A stretch of DNA of 64,000 nt from positions 11,215 through 75,214 of the forward strand of contig JAGOUZ010000004.1 of NCBI GenBank assembly GCA_018060985.1, given 5' to 3'. Source of the stretch: Minisyncoccota bacterium. Its GTDB lineage: Bacteria; Patescibacteriota; Minisyncoccia; Phycocordibacterales; SBAW01. The notes below the pieces were generated by a model. The model did not search any database, was not told where the DNA came from, and saw only the letters and a program-made list of their open reading frames with translations. Positions 60,686-64,000 of this stretch are shown piece by piece. A program made the position numbers and the translations under genes. Each line of letters begins with the position of its first letter. Positions within the stretch are counted from its first letter, which is position 1.

Positions 60686-61692
60686 AGAAAATCGTTATAG
60701 CAACTCCTCTGTACTCACCCGAGATCGGTGGGCCAGCTACCTATTCTAAAGAGCTCGTGGACGGTCTTCCTGCGTACGGCATTGAGATATCTCTCGTAAA
60801 ATTTAGTGACGTACGGCATCTTCCGAAACTGCTTCGACACTTTGTGTACTATCGCCGTGTGCTTGCTGCTTTAAAGAATGCCGATGCGGTGCTCGCACTC
60901 GACCCAGTGTCAGTTGGCTTGCCAGCAATGCGGGCGGCACGAAAACTCAATAAAAAGTTTCTAGTAAAGATTGTGGGCGACTACGCCTGGGAGCAGGGGG
61001 TACAGCGTTTTGGCGTAACCCAAGACCTCGATGAATTTGTCGTTTCAAGTCAGCCTTCATTTGCGGTACGCACCCTACAGAACATTCAGAAGAAAGTGGC
61101 GTTGGCTGCAGACCGTATTATCGTGCCGAGCCCGTATCTTAAGGAGGTAGTGCAGAAGTGGGGAATCCCTGAAGAGAAAATTCTTGTAATTAATAACGGC
61201 ATACGCATACCCGAGAGTCTTCCGGTTTACACAAAAAAGCCAGGAGAATTTCTGATTGTGTCAGCCGGTCGCCGTGTTCCGTGGAAAGGGTTTGAAGCTA
61301 TTGAACGCGTGGCTGAAAAGAATGTGGGTTCTAACTGGCGTGCAAAAATCATTTCAGGCCAGGCTCGCGAAGAAGTGTTGGGGTGGATGAAGGCTGCCGA
61401 TGTCTTTGTGCTCAATTCGCGCTATGAGGGGTTTCCACATGCTCTTGCAGAGGCTATGACGCTTGGTATTCCTGTGGTCGCTACTGATACTAAAGCGCAC
61501 AGATACCTCGTAGGAGAGTCAGGAATACTTGTACCGCCTGGAGACGACACAGCACTTGAGCAGGAGCTCATGAATATTGCAAAAAATTCGGACGCTGCTC
61601 GAGAGAGGGCGAGGGGCGGACAGGAACGCATGAAGCAGTTTGCCCCTGCACGCATGCTTGATGCGACCGCAGAGTTCCTCAAATCACTATGA
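60682..61692 (+). CDS. Glycosyltransferase family 4
   Basis: KKIVIATPLYSPEIGGPATYS at the N-terminus, with C-terminal NSRYEGFPHALAEAMTLGIPVVATD. Internal ATG at 60682. Confidence 0.75.
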   Translation: MKKIVIATPLYSPEIGGPATYSKELVDGLPAYGIEISLVKFSDVRHLPKLLRHFVYYRRVLAALKNADAVLALDPVSVGLPAMRAARKLNKKFLVKIVGDYAWEQGVQRFGVTQDLDEFVVSSQPSFAVRTLQNIQKKVALAADRIIVPSPYLKEVVQKWGIPEEKILVINNGIRIPESLPVYTKKPGEFLIVSAGRRVPWKGFEAIERVAEKNVGSNWRAKIISGQAREEVLGWMKAADVFVLNSRYEGFPHALAEAMTLGIPVVATDTKAHRYLVGESGILVPPGDDTALEQELMNIAKNSDAARERARGGQERMKQFAPARMLDATAEFLKSL

Positions 61693-62582
61693 AAGTCCTT
61701 GTAGTTACCGGAGATAAAAATTTTAAGCCGGGCCATCCCCGCTATGACTTACAGCGTTCGGCTGTAGAAGAATTCGCCTGTGTGTATTGGGGGCGAGGGA
61801 ATATGAGGCCAAAAGTTCCAGAAGGGCACTTTGATGTCGTAACTTCGCAAGATCCGTTTCTGCGCGGCATCTTTACTTTGCGGGTGGCGCGCAGAAAAAA
61901 GGCTAAATTCAATGTACAAGTACATGCAGACCTTAATGCGCAACCGTTTTGGAAGCACGTACTTGCTCAAATAGTGCTGCGTCATGCAGATTCGGTGCGC
62001 GTGGTGTCGCAAAAAAGTAAAGAGCAGGTGGAACGGATGGGATTGAAAGTTAAAATCACGATGTTGCCGGTATTTGTCGATACGAGTGCGTTTGCTGCTA
62101 TCTCGCGCAAGCAGCATGAGGGGAAAAATATTCTCTGGATAGGAAGGTTTGAAGAAGAGAAAGATCCGCTGTTTGCAATGAAAGTGTTACAGGAAGTGCT
62201 AAAAAGTATTCCCGACGCACGACTCACCATGCTTGGTGCGGGTAGTATGGAAGAATCTTTAAAAACAGCAGCACAAGATTTACCTGTTACGTTTACCGGT
62301 TGGCAGGATCCTATACAATATTTAGCTGAAGCAGATGTTGTGCTTTCCACATCTCCGGCCGAGAGCTATGGTGCCAGCGTTGTCGAAGCGCTTGCTGCAG
62401 GCGTACAAGTCGTTGCACTTGATGTTGGTGTTGCTAAAGAAGCGGGTGCTATTGTGGAGCTTCGTAATAATCTTGCGAAAGGAGTCGTTCATGTTCTAAG
62501 GAATCAAGTACGAGGTGTTTTAAAGATACCGGCCCTTAATGAACATGAGTGGGTACAAAGATGGAAAGAGTCTCTCATATGA
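61689..62582 (+). CDS. Glycosyltransferase (GT1-fold, GT4-like)
   Basis: The C-terminal half (ILWIGRFEEEKDP...STSPAESYGASVVEALAAGVQVVALDVG) is GT4-like. The N-terminal domain is reduced. Confidence 0.6.
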   Translation: MKVLVVTGDKNFKPGHPRYDLQRSAVEEFACVYWGRGNMRPKVPEGHFDVVTSQDPFLRGIFTLRVARRKKAKFNVQVHADLNAQPFWKHVLAQIVLRHADSVRVVSQKSKEQVERMGLKVKITMLPVFVDTSAFAAISRKQHEGKNILWIGRFEEEKDPLFAMKVLQEVLKSIPDARLTMLGAGSMEESLKTAAQDLPVTFTGWQDPIQYLAEADVVLSTSPAESYGASVVEALAAGVQVVALDVGVAKEAGAIVELRNNLAKGVVHVLRNQVRGVLKIPALNEHEWVQRWKESLI

Positions 62583-63598
62583 ATTTACTTATCTGCACAC
62601 AGGCGGTTGATCGCACCGACCCGGCTCTCGGTTTTTTTCACTCGTGGATTGAGCAACTGGCGACGCGTTTTGACAACATTACCGTACTCGCGCTCAGAGT
62701 GGGCGAACATAGTTTGCCCTCTAATGTGGAAGTTATTCCGCTGGGGCACGGCCGGTTAAGACGGATGATCCGCATCTTGCATTACAGTGTGGCACTCCGT
62801 GGAAAATATGATGCAGTGTTTGTACACATGAGCCAGGAGTTTGTTCTTCTTGCAGGGTGGCTATGGAAGCTTTTAGGCAAAACAATCTACCTGTGGCGCA
62901 ATCATTATGCGGGTACTATGGCTACTAATATCGCTGCCAGGATGTGTAAGAAAGTATTCTGTACGTCAAAATATTCTTACACGGCGCGCTACTCAAACAC
63001 GGTGTTTATGCCAGTAGGTATCGATACCGAGCTGTTCACGCGACTTTCAGAGGTCCCAAGGGATCCGCGCAGCATACTTTTCCTGGGCCGTATTGCGCCT
63101 TCAAAAAAGCCGCAAGTACTGTTGCAAGCGCTCGGCATGCTTAAGAAGCGCGGTGTTACCTTTGCGGCATCCTTCTACGGTTCAGAATCGCCGCAGGACG
63201 CTGCGTATGCAAAAAAATTACGCAGCATGGTCGATGAGCTCAATCTTTCGGAAGAGGTGAGCTTTAAGCAGAGTGTGCCTAACCGGGAAACTCCGGCCGT
63301 ATTCAACCGCCATGCAATTTTTGTGAATTGTTCGCCATCTGGCATGTACGACAAAACATTGTTTGAGGCAGCCAGTTGCGAGTGTGCGGTAGTTGCTGCG
63401 AGTAAGGACTTTGCAGAGCTGGTAGACGTCAGGTTCGTATTTGAGGATGGCAACGCAGACGAACTTGCTCGGAAAATTGAGACCCTGCTCAGCCTCTCGG
63501 TGCTCGACCAGCAGGGTATAGGAGCCCAAATGCGTAACATCGCGCGGCCCCACAGTGTTACCAATCTTATGGACAAGCTGGCGGCTGAAATGCATTAA
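62579..63598 (+). CDS. Glycosyltransferase family 4
   Basis: MNLLICTQAVDRTDPALGFF at the N-terminus, with C-terminal ILFLGRIAPSKKP...NCSPSGMYDKTLFEAASCECAVVA. Internal ATG at 62579. Confidence 0.7.
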   Translation: MNLLICTQAVDRTDPALGFFHSWIEQLATRFDNITVLALRVGEHSLPSNVEVIPLGHGRLRRMIRILHYSVALRGKYDAVFVHMSQEFVLLAGWLWKLLGKTIYLWRNHYAGTMATNIAARMCKKVFCTSKYSYTARYSNTVFMPVGIDTELFTRLSEVPRDPRSILFLGRIAPSKKPQVLLQALGMLKKRGVTFAASFYGSESPQDAAYAKKLRSMVDELNLSEEVSFKQSVPNRETPAVFNRHAIFVNCSPSGMYDKTLFEAASCECAVVAASKDFAELVDVRFVFEDGNADELARKIETLLSLSVLDQQGIGAQMRNIARPHSVTNLMDKLAAEMH

Positions 63599-63600
63599 GT

Positions 63601-64000
63601 ATGTGTGGAATCATTGGCATAACAGAAAAGAATGAGCAGCTGGTTGAGGCTGCGGCAAAGCTCTTAGGGCATCGAGGGCCTGATGCTTTTGGTATTTTTT
63701 CTGACGAACAGGTGACGCTCGGGCACAACCGTCTTTCTATTATTGACCTAGACAGCCGGTCAAATCAGCCTATGGCAGATGCAAGTGGCTCGCTCGTTGT
63801 TGTCTATAACGGAGAAATATATAACTACAAAGAAGTCCGGACGCGCCTTGAGAAAAAGGGGTATGTCTTTCGCACCCAATCAGACACCGAAGTACTTTTG
63901 TATGCATACAAAGAGTGGGGCAAGGGCCTCGGGAATGAGTTGAATGGCATGTTTGCGTTTGCACTGTACGACAAGGAAAAGAATGAACTTGTTCTTGCGA
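63601..64000 (+). CDS. asnB: Asparagine synthetase (glutamine-hydrolysing), N-terminal part; 3' end outside the window
   Basis: MCGIIGI... is the class II amidotransferase N-terminus. GHRGPDAFG, LGHNRLSIIDL, VYNGEIYNY and SDTEVLL are all present. Confidence 0.85.
   Translation, partial: MCGIIGITEKNEQLVEAAAKLLGHRGPDAFGIFSDEQVTLGHNRLSIIDLDSRSNQPMADASGSLVVVYNGEIYNYKEVRTRLEKKGYVFRTQSDTEVLLYAYKEWGKGLGNELNGMFAFALYDKEKNELVLA

Overview
This 64 kb window (about 50% GC) reads as chromosomal DNA from a Candidate Phyla Radiation / Patescibacteria-like bacterium. Three things point that way: the 16S differs from the universal 515F primer site (GCAGGAGCGG instead of CAGCCGCGG), almost no gene has a Shine-Dalgarno motif, and many genes encode secreted beta-rich, lamin-tail-domain or DUF11-like proteins.

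Contents:
- Housekeeping genes: glyQS, metG, tatD, rpsF-ssb-rpsR, efp, recA, ftsK, rplJ-rplL, rodA/ftsW, folD, secDF, murC, rsmI, homospermidine synthase, and an asnB N-terminus.
- rRNA: a 23S-5S pair (24.5-28.1 kb) and an unlinked 16S (39.5-40.9 kb) that is followed by tRNA-Ile, a NUDIX gene and tRNA-Leu.
- A 437-nt ORF-less group I intron in the 23S at the I-CreI-type site of domain V, with recognisable R and S elements.
- A 16S 3' end that reads GGAUCA-AUUCAAAU where CCUCCUU is expected.
- A large glycoconjugate locus (52.5-63.6 kb) with a B12-binding radical SAM enzyme, an exostosin-like (GT47) glycosyltransferase, a GT-C ArnT/PMT-like transferase, an ArnC-like GT2, a UPF0104 flippase-like protein and several GT4 enzymes.
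- A repeated TAAAGGACA motif around a winged-helix gene that sits upstream of a long-leader S-layer-like surface protein gene.
- A TM-less type IV coupling-protein-like ATPase next to a secreted lamin-tail-domain protein.
- A relatively GC-rich cytidine-deaminase-like gene directly after the 5S rRNA.
- A pgeF/yfiH-like gene next to murC.

No CRISPR array, transposase or restriction-modification system is recognisable. All calls rest on reading the translated ORFs and the nucleotide sequence by eye; I ran no searches.
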